DNA from: Styela clava
Taxonomy: Eukaryota
Length of the DNA: 64,000 nucleotides
Reading direction: 5' to 3'
NCBI RefSeq assembly: GCF_964204865.1
Contig: NC_135262.1
Coordinates: 15,190,001 to 15,254,000, forward strand
The notes beneath the pieces are model-generated. The model saw only the letters and a program-made list of their open reading frames with translations, searched no databases and had not been told where the DNA came from. Positions 1 to 13,389 of this stretch are shown here, piece by piece; positions within the stretch are counted from its first letter, which is position 1; each line of letters opens with the position of its first letter. The translations under genes and the position numbers were made by a program.

Positions 1-220
1 AGAATTTATACACATGCAACTACCCCATAAATTTGAACGTGGAATGCATGTTACTAATTTCTTTTATATAATGTTTGGAAACAGAACAAATGCCATCATT
101 CCAAAGAGCACATTTTGCACCATTCATATCTATAGTTAAATTGGATTTAGCTACCAATAAAATTGCAGCATGATATAATAAAAATTTCACAGTAAAAAAT
201 ACTGTGCGTGGGAACAAGAC

Positions 221-455
221 GGTACTTCCGAAGTATGGGAACCAAGATTGCGGACATCGGAAGGTAGTATGTGTACCTGGTTAGAGTTGGGCCATAATTC
301 CAGGTACAAATACTACGGGACTCACTTGGCTAGTCACCGAACTCGTAATGGAACTAAAATAAGGAAAATTGAAATAAAATTATGACCTGACCCTAACCTA
401 GTACGCATACTACGTTCCGGTGTCCGCATCTTGGTTAAAATACTTCGGGAGAACC
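221..455. mobile_element. MITE with ~78-bp TIRs and 8-bp TSD (GG termini, Merlin-like)
   Basis: Left end ggtacttccgaagtatgggaaccaagattgcggacatcggaaggtagtatg is the near reverse complement of the right end catactacgttccggtgtccgcatcttggttaaaatacttcgggagaacc. Flanks aacaagac/aacatgac match 7/8. Empty sites are present in the paralogous copies at ~4445 and ~13430. Confidence 0.85.
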
Positions 456-1201
456 AACATGACTATCGCACATTTATTTCTATTTTGGACGTGGAATTCT
501 ACAAATAAAGCGAGATACAGAGACTTGATACATTTACAAGTAATTTCCAGATCCAAAAGCAAACAAACTTTATTCCATTTAGTTAGAGATTTGACACTTT
601 CAAATGAGTTCTCGTGACATTGACAGGATATTGGTATCTCGAGTTATCCTGTCTTTGAAAAATATTTTAATACAACTGATTACGTGGAAATATATTAGTC
701 ACCTGAACGTTAATTAAAATTAATGATTTGGTATAGGAAGAATTGCTCCGACAATGAGGAAGTGCTATTGACTAAGTCCCTCAGTTACGCCCCTGGTTAA
801 GAGAAGTGACTTCTGGTAATCTTTACCAAATTATTATTTCATCACCTGATATGTTAAAATAGAGATTTACATTTCACTACAAACAAACAATTGTATGCGC
901 GCTAAATTCAGAAATGAGTATATATCACGAGTATAGTACAAACTTGCCTCTGAAGTATATATGAGTAAACCACAGAAAATACCACCCGGAAGGTCTTTTA
1001 TGAAAAATATAAAGTATAGATTTGAGTACAAATAAGTTTATAGGATATAAGATACAAAAGGGCGGAAATTTGAGCAAACTGGTCATTTGGAATGGGATTC
1101 GAGAAAAAAGATTTCGCGCCTGCAAAAATGTGAATATATATGAGATCAGATGTTGTGGAACAATCCACCAACAAAATTTTTGCCGAATTCTTTTGACACA
1201 C

Positions 1202-2580
1202 CAGGGGTGGCCAGCACGTAGATCGCGATCGATTGATCGATCGTCACGTCTTGAGTAGTCGATTGTCTTGAACCAGTTTCGTACAGCGCCTATCGTGCGT
1301 TTTTAAAACAGAACGAATGTAGTACTGTATATGTGCAAAATACGATATACACATGCAGCAATTGGGTATGGACAAGCTCGATAGAGCATATTATTTATTA
1401 CGTAACAAATCGTCACGCTAATAACCGGATTGCGTAAGTCATTTTAGCAGTTTTAAGAAAAACGTAAAAAACTTCCTATGATACTGTTATGTCATTGGGA
1501 GTCAATAATTTTAATCAATAATTTACGACGTCTAATCTAAAAAATAGCTAATCTGTTTCAATTACATTATTTTTTTATGTTTAAAACTCGCTCTGCACAC
1601 TCACCGAATTAAGACTAAGATTAAATATAAAGAATGAAACAGCAATGCATCCAATATAAAAGCCACCCAAGGTGAATTGGTTTAGGACGGTGAATATCAC
1701 AAGTGCACGTCTTCCTATACTGTAGTATAAATTCAAATTTATAAGCGCTAAGCTAGAATCCGAGATGCAAAAACTCGAAAATACTTCGCCGATGTTACTT
1801 TGCCTTTGTGACGTCACAATAGTCCTGTGATATCAATGATAATTCATTATGACGAAACAATTGCACAAATGTCCAATACAATACAAAATTTCCATTTTTA
1901 TGAGTTTCAGAATTCTTAAAATAAAATCGGAGTTAACAGACAGGTGCGCAGCATTACATAAATACCTATTTTATAGAAAACTTGAAATCGCCAAAAATGA
2001 CTTACGCAATTTAGTTATTAGCCTGACGAAATGCAAGTTTGACTACTGCAAAGTTTTAGGAATGAACTTGCAGAATATCGTATGTCTTGACTGGCAAACG
2101 ATCCTACAACAATTTCTGCACTGTGCGAAAGTTATTGTCTCACTCGAAGAGAAGTGTGATATATTTTGGAATGCCCAATTTGGACTTGAATAAAATTGTA
2201 AATTATATACTGAAGTTTGAACATTCATGTAACATTTACGGTTTGAGAATATTCATTATTCGCTATTCAGATAATACAAGGATACTTTTCAAGGTTTTTT
2301 GAGGAAGTGAAAACACTTATGACTAGAAATTAGACAGGCCGTAGATCTGAATTGTATGATTCAAATAAATCTAAAATAAATGATGAAGCATTTACTCCGG
2401 GCACAATCACATAGTCAAATTAACAAATTAAATAGAATATAAAAAATGCAAATTGTGTGGCAATTTCATTGAGAATGTGCCCGCAGAGCCGAGCTTTAGT
2501 ATGCTTGTGTGCAGTTGTACCGAACAGTCGACCGCGAGCTATTTTGAAGATTCTGGTCGAACGCGGTCGAAAGCAAGGCC
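1202..2580. mobile_element. Non-autonomous hAT-like insertion with damaged right end
   Basis: Starts caggggtggccagcacgtagatcgcgatcg (hAT-type terminus with GATC-rich subterminal repeats). Absent from the paralogous position ~5200-5218, where ttctgatatac runs into ggccgtctaat. Confidence 0.65.
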
Positions 2581-3309
2581 GTCTAATATTTTTGACGGTT
2601 GAAGGCATTCGTGATTCTTGTTGAGTTGTAATATTCGCGTTGATGCAATAATTAGATGAATATCAAAGGAGTTATATTCACCGGGACTTGAAGATTTGAC
2701 AAAGCCTGGGCAACAACAAAATTTTTCTATCATCCTGGTAGAGAGGGCATGAGCATTTGAATAAGCATTCGTTAAAAAGTTTGAAATAATATTGCATGCA
2801 ACGGAAAAGTACATTTTCAATAAATTTTCAAAAGGGATGTTTATAATCCTATCTTACCATAAAAGGTACTCAGTTATAATTGGCGAATAATTGTTCACCA
2901 TCACGTTAGTAATCAACATACTAATTCAAGTAAGTCAGGTTCGCAATCTTACAAATTTCTGGTCATAAAAACTTATAGACGCAATTAGAACAATTTTATT
3001 GAAAAATTCAAAGATTTATTGCGAGAGTTGGTCCTCTGTTGTTCAGTAGTCACATATTAATTCGATGTAAAGTTTGAAACATTTCGTAGTCGACAATTTG
3101 TTGTAGCTCTTTATTTGTTGAAGGACTAGTCGGTAGTATATGCAGACGAAGCGGCGAACACTAGTTTTAATTATTTGCACCTGCGTCAATTTTGTTTAAT
3201 AATAAATTTGAACTTAATTCTGTGCTTCTGAGCATAGAATCACGATCTGCGTGAATGAGATCCTCGCGAAACAACTCATATTCATGTCATAACGCAGAGA
3301 CAAAATTCA

Positions 3310-3425
3310 GAAACAAAATCTTTTCTACGAATTCCGATTGAGAAGTGTTGTTCCAGAGGCGCAAATGCCAATTCAGTGTAAAGCTCGTCTTAATGTATTC
3401 ACCGCGTAGCGGAATACCGTTATAA
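3310..3425 (+). pseudogene. Isolated last-exon remnant of a GPCR paralogue
   Basis: Reads ETKSFLRIPIEKCCSRGANANSV* versus ETKSFLRIPAKKCCSIGTDVNSVSS in exon 9 (10693 onward). It has a premature TAA, and no upstream exons are present. Confidence 0.85.
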
Positions 3426-6003
3426 GATATTAATTTTTAAAGTATTGGCCTTGATAAAATTTATATTAAACCACAATTAGTAGTAGAGCTGTACTGTACC
3501 CATGCATCATATTTGTGTTATTTCTTCAATAATCCTTAGTTATTTTATTCTTGATTTTTTTTCATAAAAGGTAGTAGTATTTTAAGGAGTTGTTTAATTT
3601 TTCCGAAAATCAGTTGTTCCATGATATTGTGCTATACAATAGAAATATAAGACACTTATTTTAGAATTAATATTGAGTATAAATCATGCTGTCGTTCAGC
3701 ATTCCTGTAACTTTTCATTTTTTTACTGTGGAGAGTTCTATCAAGATTTTGTTATCAGTTGTATAGATGTATAAATCAGATGACATGTGTAAATATCTAT
3801 ACATAGAATTTGTATCAACAATAGTTATTCAGTTTCATCAATTTTTGCGCTTATGATTGATCACTTTGAGTGATTTTAAGATCGTTGAAAATATATGTTA
3901 CATTATACAAATAATAACATTTGTTTAAAACGGTTCATACCCAGAGTACTGGATGTATTCCTGGTTGTAATTTTGTTCATCGAAGTGAATAATTTAGCCT
4001 ATACTGAAAACTGTATCAGAAATCATTTTAAATAGGACAATTTTAATCGCGATATTTGTTATCAATTAAATTAATAAATTGACTTTTGCTATGAATTACA
4101 ATATATCGAAATCTGAAAAAATATCGGTTTTGTTATTTTACATACATGTGTTGGAAACTGTAAAAGACTGGTTCAGCAAAATCCTATTTTTCAAAACGCA
4201 CTTTGAAAAAATAATATTTGATGGAGTGCCATCGATCAAGTTGTTTATCGGAATGCGCGTAATTCTATTGCAATCAATACCAGAAGTGCGAGAATTTATA
4301 AACATACAACAGAAAATAGTGACATCATTTCAGGGGGCACATTTTGTTCCATTCATAGCTATTTTTAAATAAATTTAGCTTTTAATAAAAATGAAGCATG
4401 ATAAAATAGGCTACGAACTTGACAATAAAAATCACTGTGCGTGTGAACATGACTATAGCACATTTACTGCTATTTTGGACTCGTAATTCTACAAATAAAG
4501 TGAAAAAAAGAGACCTCATACATTATCAAGTATTTTCCAGATCCGAAAGCAAACAAACTTTATTTCATTCAGTCATAGATTTGACAATTTAACGCGAGTC
4601 CTCATGACATTGGCATGATATTGATATCTAGAGTTATCAGTTATCCTGTCTTTGAAAAATATTTTAATACAACTGATTACGTGGAAATATATTAGTCACT
4701 TGAACGTCATTTCAAATCAATGATTTGATATAGGAAGAATTGCTTCGACAATGAGGAAGTTCTATTGACTAATTCCCACAATTACGTCGAACCCTGGTTA
4801 ATAGACGTGACTTCCGGTAACCTTTAACAAATTATTATTTTATCACCTGATACTTTAAAATAGAGATTTAGATTTCGCTACAAACAAGCAATTGTATGCG
4901 CTAAACTCAAAGGATATATACCATGAATATAGTACAAACTTGCCTCTGAAGTATATATGAGTAAACTACAAACAATACTACCAGGAAAGTCGTTTATGGG
5001 TAATATAAAGTATAAATTTGAGTACTTAGTAAGTTTAGGAGGGAATGGCGCAAATTTGAGAATACTGGCTATCGAGATCTAATTTGGATTAGCATTCGAG
5101 AAAAAAGATTTCACGCTTACAAAAATTTGATGGACATGTATAATGAGATCAGATGTTGTGGAACAATCTACCAACAACATTTCTGCCGAATTCTTCTGAT
5201 ATACAAAACTAAACGTTGGCCGTCTAATCGGTTTGACGCAAGGGGCCTTCGCGATTCGTGTTGAGGTATAATATTGGCTGAAGAGGATTGCAATAATTGA
5301 AGGAATATCAAAGGAATTATATTTACCGAGACCTGAAGATTTGCCAAAGTTTTCACAAAGCCTGGGCAACGACAAAAAAATTTCGGGTAAAGAGAACTCT
5401 AACATTTAAATAAGTATTCGTTAAAAAGTTTGAACATAATATTGCATGCAACGGAAAAGTACATTTTCAAGAGGGATGTTTATATTTCCATCTTATCACA
5501 AAAAGTAATCATTTATATTTGGCGATTACTTGTTTACGGACACCTTAGTAATCAACAATCCCTTTATGTTTGAAGTGGTGAAATGAGATGGGACGGCGTA
5601 AAATACTAATTTATGGAAGTCAGGTTCACAGTTTTATAATTTTCTGGTCATAAAAATTTATAGACGCAATTGGAACTATTTTTATTGAAAAATTCAAAGA
5701 TATTTGGCCTTCTGTTGTACAGTAGTCACCTATTAATTCAATGTAAAGTTAAAACATTTCGTAGTCGACAACTTGGTGTAGATCCTTATAATGACCCGTC
5801 CCGTATAGATAATGTTAAAAAGAACTTGTGGAATGGCCATTGGCGAATATATACAGACAAGAAAGCGGCAAACAATAATTTTCACTAATTATACTTGGGT
5901 AAATTTTATTTAATAATAAATTTGGACTTAATACTGTGTTTCTGAGCATAGAATTATGATCTGCGTGAATGGGATTAACCGAAATACTTCATATACATGT
6001 CAT
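3310..6003 (+). repeat. Copy B of the tandem unit: GPCR last exon, 3' UTR and intergenic DNA up to the next promoter
   Basis: Positions 3310-4870 align with 10693-13840 once the 11853-13389 hAT is removed. Positions ~4310-6003 align with copy A. Confidence 0.9.
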
Positions 6004-6310
6004 GAGTCAATTTACCTTCGCAGGCGAAAGATTTTGCTTACGCGATTTGATTATCTGAAAATCAATATTGAAGAAGAAACTTGCATCAATGCTGGAATCA
6101 AACCAAAAATAAACGAATCTATTAACATTTAAACTTTTTCTGTTCAGAATATTATCTTGAAAATAAAATTAATATACAGATTCATCAACTAGGACAATTA
6201 TTATAAAATAATATTTAGCTCAAATTTGACAGTTGCTCTATAAACGTGACTTGTTGTAAAGCTGCAAAAGTAGGAATCAAAGAAAATAAAAACATTGAAT
6301 CAATTTGAAG

Positions 6311-8865
6311 ATGGATGAAAGTACAAATGAGTACAATATGACAAACGTGTGAGTATTTAATTTCATTGTATTTATTTATTTCCATGTAAAGTATAAGTTA
6401 TAAAATCATATATAGGTAATAATATACTAAAGTAAAGTGTATTTGTCATTCTCTACGTAGGTCGTCATAGTTCTGATTTACATTTCTACTGGATAAGCAT
6501 CAAATGTTTTTTTATTATAACTTTAACGCTGAGTTTTTTAAGCCGCTATTGGAGTGTTTTATTATTATATATGTATTTTTTCTTATAAACTATTGAGTAG
6601 TAAAATAGCATTTTGTTCTGATTTCTCAAGAAGCCATGTACATCCCTTCGGAAAAAATGGAGCAATTGCATCTGCCGTTTTTCTTTTGCCCATGTCAGTT
6701 TTTGGATTGTTCGCGAACCTCATCACTATAATCGTGATTACAAGATCAAAGAAGCTCTCAAAGTAAGACAAATGTCGAAAAGTATTTTTTTCTTGTAATT
6801 TTTTTCTAAACAAGAAATATCCATACATCCAGCTCTTTCATGCTACGGTATTAGGAAAGAGATATCTGCGAAGCCAAAGTTTGTTTGTTAAACGGACAGT
6901 TATAGCACACGAAATGGACATATGAATTGTTTTCCTGTATTGTCGTTGTTACTGTTCGTGTCGGGGCTGCTATTGATGTTGAACAAACAAATCGTTTTCC
7001 TGCGAAACTAACGCCATTGATTTGAAAATATATATATATATAGAGGAATGCTACTGCATCATTTTTCATCCCTTATGTGCCCATTTTTCTAGTTTGAGAA
7101 AACACAGTGGTAAGACATTCGGTACTCACCTTTTTTTGACGTTTGTGTCCATACTAGGTACAAACCTTTATGTGACATCTGACACAAATCTTACAACATA
7201 TCGCAGAATTTTTCAAACAATGTACCTTGATCATTTGAGATTTACTTTCAGATCTGTCTTCAATCTCATGATCGTCAGTCTCTGCGTATCTGATTTAATC
7301 TCTGCAATCATCAGCCCTTTATCTCACCATAGACGCACATGGGGTTTTGACCATTGGATATTGCCAGAATTTTTTTGCAAGGTAATTTATTAAAACAAGC
7401 ATGAAAAGTTCCGCATCACGTTAATATCTGTGGTAATATGGGTGACTATACATGGTGTGACGTATGTGGGTCATGATTAGTGTTCTAAAATGATGAGCAA
7501 GACACGATTAAACCTAGAGGAGGTACCCCAGTTGCAAGAAAGCATTACGGTGAACAAACTCATACAACATGCATTTTTAGTAAAAATATTGTCTGCATTT
7601 TCTCAAGAATGTAATTCAGCAGAAATGGAATTTATGGAAATATTTTGTTCAATAGTTGTGAAAATGGCATTCTATTACACATTACGTTGTTTTGATTTGT
7701 GGGTACAAAGAATTTTTGAATAATGTTGTGAATATATATATTAATATATATATTCATGAATGAATGATTATTTAAGATATATTGCAGAATACAAAAATCC
7801 GTTCATATAAAATTACTTGCAAAATTTTGTTTGTGCAAAAAGCTGTTGCGTATACGTTTTTGCAAGAGTGACATCGGCAAGAAGTAAACCTCACTAAGTG
7901 AAGATGAATCGCAGCTGATCTAGACTGATGATCCTGAATTTACCTACAGGATTATCAGGTCCAAAACAATCGTAAACTCTGATTTCTAGTAACTTGATTA
8001 CACGTGACTCCGTAGTGCTTGTGGCAAAATATTACATTTTGCAGTTGTTCTGGGCAGCTGACCATTGGACATCTTACGTAACGTCATTGCACATTTTATT
8101 ATTTGCTTGTATTCGATTGGCTTCTGTAAAATCACCAACAAAATATGAAAGATTGAAGAATAAATACGTCAAGGTTAGTTGAAATTGTTACTCAATTTAT
8201 CAGCATCTCCCAAACTTGACTATTCAAAATTATTACAACACGTTGCCACCGAGTGAAGAAATCGCGATAGTGGACATTGCCTGAAAAATTATTTTTAAAA
8301 GTTATTCTGTTCCTTCACAACCTTTTATTGAAAGTAATAAAATAATATTTATATTTTCCATGATTGTATGACAAACAGGATATTGTTGCCGTAATATGGT
8401 TCGTAGCCTTTGGATGTGGATTCATTCCAATGTGGATTTGGTTTGGCATAAAAGCGTCAGATCGACCTGCTGGTGGCCACGGTACAAATTGGCCAGACTG
8501 CACATTATATTATGCAAGGTACTCGAACGTTTTTCTATTTTCTGAGTAAATCAATATTATGACTATATTATTTTTCTCAAAATATTATTTTTGTTTTCAG
8601 GATTGAGCAGTTTCAAGTGTATGTAAAAATTGCGTACACAACTTTTTTTTATATCCCCATGATTGCAATCCTGATTATTTCTCCATCGATCGCTATAATC
8701 ATAATGAAACGAAGAAAAACTAGACTACAAAGAAGAAATATTGATGGTGATGTTCTAGTTTTTATTGAATTATACATCTGAGACGTTAAACAGCCTGCTG
8801 TATCCGTTGGCAAAGCTCCCGAGAAGAAATCGTTTTTATATGGTTCAATTTTCTGTTCACTTTGT

Positions 8866-8914
<49 letters not shown>

Positions 8915-10809
8915 TTGCACACCATAACCATCTACATACTTGAATTCTTTTTATACTTGCACTCTACAAATTTGTATATTTGCATCCTCGTACACTGACA
9001 CGAGCATACCTGTATTTATATAAATTAAAGCATTATCTCGGATCCTTGAATTTCAAAACTTATGAATATAACTTTCAGGTGTAAATGCATGTCCTAGTGA
9101 ATTTGAGGTGAAGCGTCAAAAAAAGGAAAACAGTGCAATGGTACAACTGGCTGTGATTGTGGGTTCTTATATGCTCGGATATATACCTAGTTCAGGTGAA
9201 ATATACGTTGTATAAGGTACAACAAACATTAAAAATATAATCACGATTGCAATCTCATTTAGCTTACTTATTGTACGCAACTGCTGCACCTCAGTCAACA
9301 TTACAAGAACAGATATTTCATTGGACTTCTGGGACTATTACTTATATTCTTTTACGGTTATCAGAATGTTTGAATCCAATACTCTACAATGTTGCATCGA
9401 GGTATTATATTTCAATATATTTAAACAAATTAGAATGTTAACGCAGTTTGCCCAGATTCAATCTAAAATTCATATTTTCTTAAAAATATAGTGATTACAT
9501 TTTGATAGACGGCTTAAAAATCTTGGAACTAATATCGTGATTTGTTAGTTTTCAGTTACTTCAAGAATAAACTTTATTGCTAATTAATTTTGGACACGAA
9601 ATGGACCGATAGATCGTTTTGTTATGTTGTTGTTGTTGATCAACAAATGCGTTGAAATTTTCAGTGGTAAAAGATTATATTTTTTGCTTGAAGGCTATTA
9701 AAAATATCTGTGGCCTCTACAGGATTCGTTTTCTATGTGCGATGAAGTCATTGAAACCAAAAATTACGCTTTTTGTGACGGTCCCAGTTTCGCATAAGTT
9801 AAAATATGTTTCTCAGCTGCGATACGGTACCAGTAGGCTACTGTGTTAGTTCGCATGCCCATATCATTTCGTATTCATATATTTGAATCATTTCAATATT
9901 ATTTTGTTGGACACGTTAGTTGAAATAACGATAGTTTTGCATTTTATGTTGGCAATCTTCTTGTTCCTGTTCTTTGACACGATTTTAGAAAGTCGCGCTC
10001 TTCTTTGATTACTGGACCTATCTTTTTAAAATTTTCAGTGCTTGAAGATTAAATTTTTCTCTAGAGGGCTATTACTTTTATTTATTTCAAACATTCCGCT
10101 GAGCTGCATGGGATTCGTTTTTATGTGTGTAATATGAAGCTATCCGAATTTGCCACTAGGTAACGCTGCTTGTCCATATATTTGAGCGTAGCTCTCTTGT
10201 TGTTCTTGTTTTTCTTCTCCTTCGTAATGACAAAAACGCCTTTCTCTCCGAATACTGGACCAGTGGCTTTGAAATTTTAGTGGTTAAAGATTGATTTTCT
10301 TGCTAGAAGGCCATACTTTTACTTATTCAAATTCTGTGGACTCCAAGAGATTTGTTTTTCATGTGTCAGAACAAAAAATAGCTACATATTTCTCTGTGAC
10401 GTGTCCATATATTTGAGGATAGCTCCCTTGTTATTATTATTATTATCCTTGGGGCGTATAGGAATATATAGGGTAGGGTATATATTATTTTCATGTATTT
10501 CTCATTCTAAACTATATTGGTCGTTTCGGCGATTAACCTATAGTCGGGGTATAGTCTGCTACACTGATTGTTGTGAATGTATATGTGTATATGGAGTACG
10601 TTTGAATAAAAGCAACAAAATTATCTAGCTGCGATTGTTTATCACGTTGCCCTAATGTTAATGCCAATCAATCTTTCAGTAAAATGAGAAACGAGACGAA
10701 ATCTTTTCTACGAATTCCGGCTAAGAAGTGTTGTTCCATAGGCACAGATGTCAATTCAGTGTCGAGCTCATCTGTTATGAATTCACCACGTAGAGGAATA
10801 AAGCTATAA
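6311..10809 (+). CDS. Orphan rhodopsin-like (class A) GPCR, 366 aa, 9 exons
   Basis: Exons 6311-6348, 6631-6762, 7252-7381, 8045-8173, 8379-8518, 8601-8746, 9079-9195, 9263-9401 and 10680-10809 are all GT-AG and join in frame (1101 nt). Motifs: N-terminal NMT/NVS sequons, TM1 GLFAN, TM2 SLCVSD, ECL1 W...FCK, TM3 CIRL, TM4 IW...IP, ECL2 Cys, TM5 FFYIP, TM6 GYIP, TM7 CLNPILY, helix 8 followed by CC. Confidence 0.92.
8869..8908. repeat. (AT)20 microsatellite in GPCR intron 6
   Basis: Uninterrupted AT run. Confidence 0.95.
9600..10440 (-). repeat. Three tandem copies of a short interspersed element (Helentron/SINE-like family)
   Basis: The blocks tggacc...gaaattttcagtggt.aaagatt...tagaaggctatta recur near 9602, 10012 and 10255. 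Units end gtccatatatttgagc.tagctctcttgtt. The same end motif recurs at ~27592 and ~56369. Confidence 0.7.
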
Positions 10810-11852
10810 AATATTTATTTTTAAAGAATTGACCCTGATAAAATTTATATAAAATCACAATTAGTAGTAGAGCTGTACTGTACACATGCATCATATTTGT
10901 GGTATTTTTTCAATAATCCTTAAGTATTTTATTCTTGATTTATTTCATAAAAGGTACTAGTATTATTAAAAGGAGTTGTTTAGATTTTCCGAAAAACAAT
11001 TATTTCAAGATAATGTACTATACAATAGAAATGCATGACACTTATTTTAGAATCAATATTGAATCTAAATCATGATGTCGTTCAGCATTCCTGTAGCTTT
11101 GCATTTTTTTTACTATGAACGGTCCTACCAAGATTTTGTTATCAGTCATATAGATGTATAAATAGGATGACATGTGTAAATATATATACATAAAATTTAT
11201 ATTAACAATAGTTATTCAGTTACATATTTTTTTCGCCTATGGTTGATTACTTTGAGTGATTTTAAGATCGTTGAAAATATATGTTACATTATACAAATCA
11301 ATATTATTTGTTTAAAACGGTTCATATCCAAAGTACTAGGTGGTTGTACTTTTGTTCATCGAAGTGAATGTTTTAGCCTATACTAAAAACTGTATCAGAA
11401 ATCATTCCAAATTGGATAATTTTGAGCGCGATAATTGTTATCAATTACCTTAATGAATTGACTTTTGCTATGAATTACAGTATATCGAAATCTGGAAAAA
11501 TCGGTTTCGTTATTTTACATACATGTGTGGTAAATCTGTTTCTATGATGATTCAGCAAAATCTTAATTTTTCAAAACGCACTTTGAAAAAATAATATTTG
11601 ATGCAGTGCCATCGACCAAGTTGTTTGTCGAAATGCGTGCAACTCTGTTGCAATCAATATCAGAAGTGCGATATTATATACACATACACAACTAACTACA
11701 GATTTGAAAGTGGAATGCTTGTTAATTAATTGCTTGCGTAGATTGTTCGAAGCCAGAAAATAGTGACATCATTTCGGGGGGCACATTTTATGCTAGTCAT
11801 AGATATTTCTAATAAAATTTAGCTTCTAATAAAATTATTGCATGATAACATA

Positions 11853-13389
11853 TAGGGATGGGCAATATAGAATACCGAATCCGGAGGATTCGAATCCCAA
11901 AGTATTCGAATCCAACGGGATCCGATAACAGGATTCGGTTTCCGCCTCTCTGGCGCCAAGCGACAATTTTTGTATTTCGGGTTTCTAATTTATCAATTAT
12001 AGACGAGCGTTTTTCTCGCGTGGAAATCTCGTGAACCCGTGAATCGGTAAACATAAAACACTGTCATTTCAATCGGCATATTCAGGACAAGAAGTAGGTA
12101 ATATAACCTCATGGCAAGGACTCGTTATTGCACCATTTTTGCGTTTTCCTTCTTTGCTATCTAGCTAGCGTTATTTGTGCCGACTTACTGGTGATATTCC
12201 GATAATCTGAATGCAACAATCTTTAATTGTTTACAGACGTGCCTTGCCTCATTTTAAATTAAATGATTTTTCGCGACCTACGAGTTTTTCCAAAAAAATG
12301 ATGCACGTAAACCAAAAGCCAGGCGTTAAATGTTATAACATTACTCGCCATTAACTTAGATCAAATATAATTTACGAATAATTTTATTATACCATTTTCC
12401 GAAATACAAAGTTATATCGCAAAACGCGAACAACTGTCACATTTAAATTTCACTCTCAAAAGATTACATATTTTTCGGTCCGTTTCTATCGTTCAAGATA
12501 GACGCACGTTTGATCGTGTGTCTGTAGTATTTTAGTCGCAGATAAATTTTGAAAAAAGTTGCCGCATCTGGCGAAGATAGTGACGTTTTGAATTTGAGTA
12601 GGGCTAAGTCTGGGTAGATAATGATTAATGATAACATTTCTATCGTTCAAGATAGACGCACGTTTGATCGAGTGTCTGTAGTATTTTGTCGCCGATAAAT
12701 TTAAAAAAAAGTTGCCGCATCTGGCGAAGATAGTGACGTATTGAATTTGAGTAGGGCCAAGTCTGGGTGAGTTCTGAAATGAGTTCGTCTTCAGATGTTA
12801 TTACCTAATAAGTAAGTACGAAATCGCGTTTACGGGAACTTGGTTTTACGTGTCTTGCTCTCACAGAATAAAAGGTTGATTTTAATTGATAGTGGTTAAA
12901 TTTAATATTTTACAAGGGCGCATAGGTTGCAGTGGCCACACGCTGGTTCAGCATCTAATTAATTCTCAGCGGGTATGTTTTAGTATACTCGGCAGACTTA
13001 CATTAATAATGATTTACCGCCGTTTCATGTCTATTTTGTATTTAACCGCTTACTATTAAAGTGTGTAAAGCGTGTCTTAATTTAGCATATCAGTATTTAG
13101 GGATTACATACATTTGGAACAATTGAAGGCAGAAAATATTGTAAAATTCCTAAATTTTATTGTCCTGGGAACTGTCTGTTTAGTATCAAATGAAATTCAA
13201 TGTTCAGGACATTTCCAAATAGATAACACATTTATAGTAAGTAATACATTTGCAACTTTTTACCATCTAAATCCAGCAATGTAGAAATTCCCACTATTTG
13301 AATAAGTATGAAAATAGAATAGGATTCGGTATTCTGGATTCGATTTAACTATTCTAGAATAGTAAATTATTCTACATTGCCCATCCCTA
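11853..13389. mobile_element. Non-autonomous hAT (Ac-like) transposon, 1537 bp
   Basis: TIRs tagggatgggcaat...attgcccatcccta; perfect 8-bp TSD ATAACATA (11845-11852 and 13390-13397); gattcgaatcc subterminal repeats; internal tandem duplication ~12484-12618 and ~12637-12768. Absent from the paralogous copies. Confidence 0.93.

Larger units (their letters stand above)
1..3290 (+). repeat. Copy A of the tandem unit of GPCR 3' flank and intergenic DNA
   Basis: Positions 1-890 align with 11670-13840 (excluding insertions). Positions ~70-3290 align with ~4310-6003, sharing e.g. tacaactgattacgtggaaata, gacaatgaggaagt and gatctgcgtgaatg. Interrupted by insertions at 221-455 and 1202-2580. Confidence 0.9.

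Noticed and set aside
20-6000. Short ORFs in the supplied track (60-114 aa)
   Set aside because: They lie in duplicated 3' flank or transposon DNA, have no recognisable motifs, and their frames are not preserved between paralogous copies.
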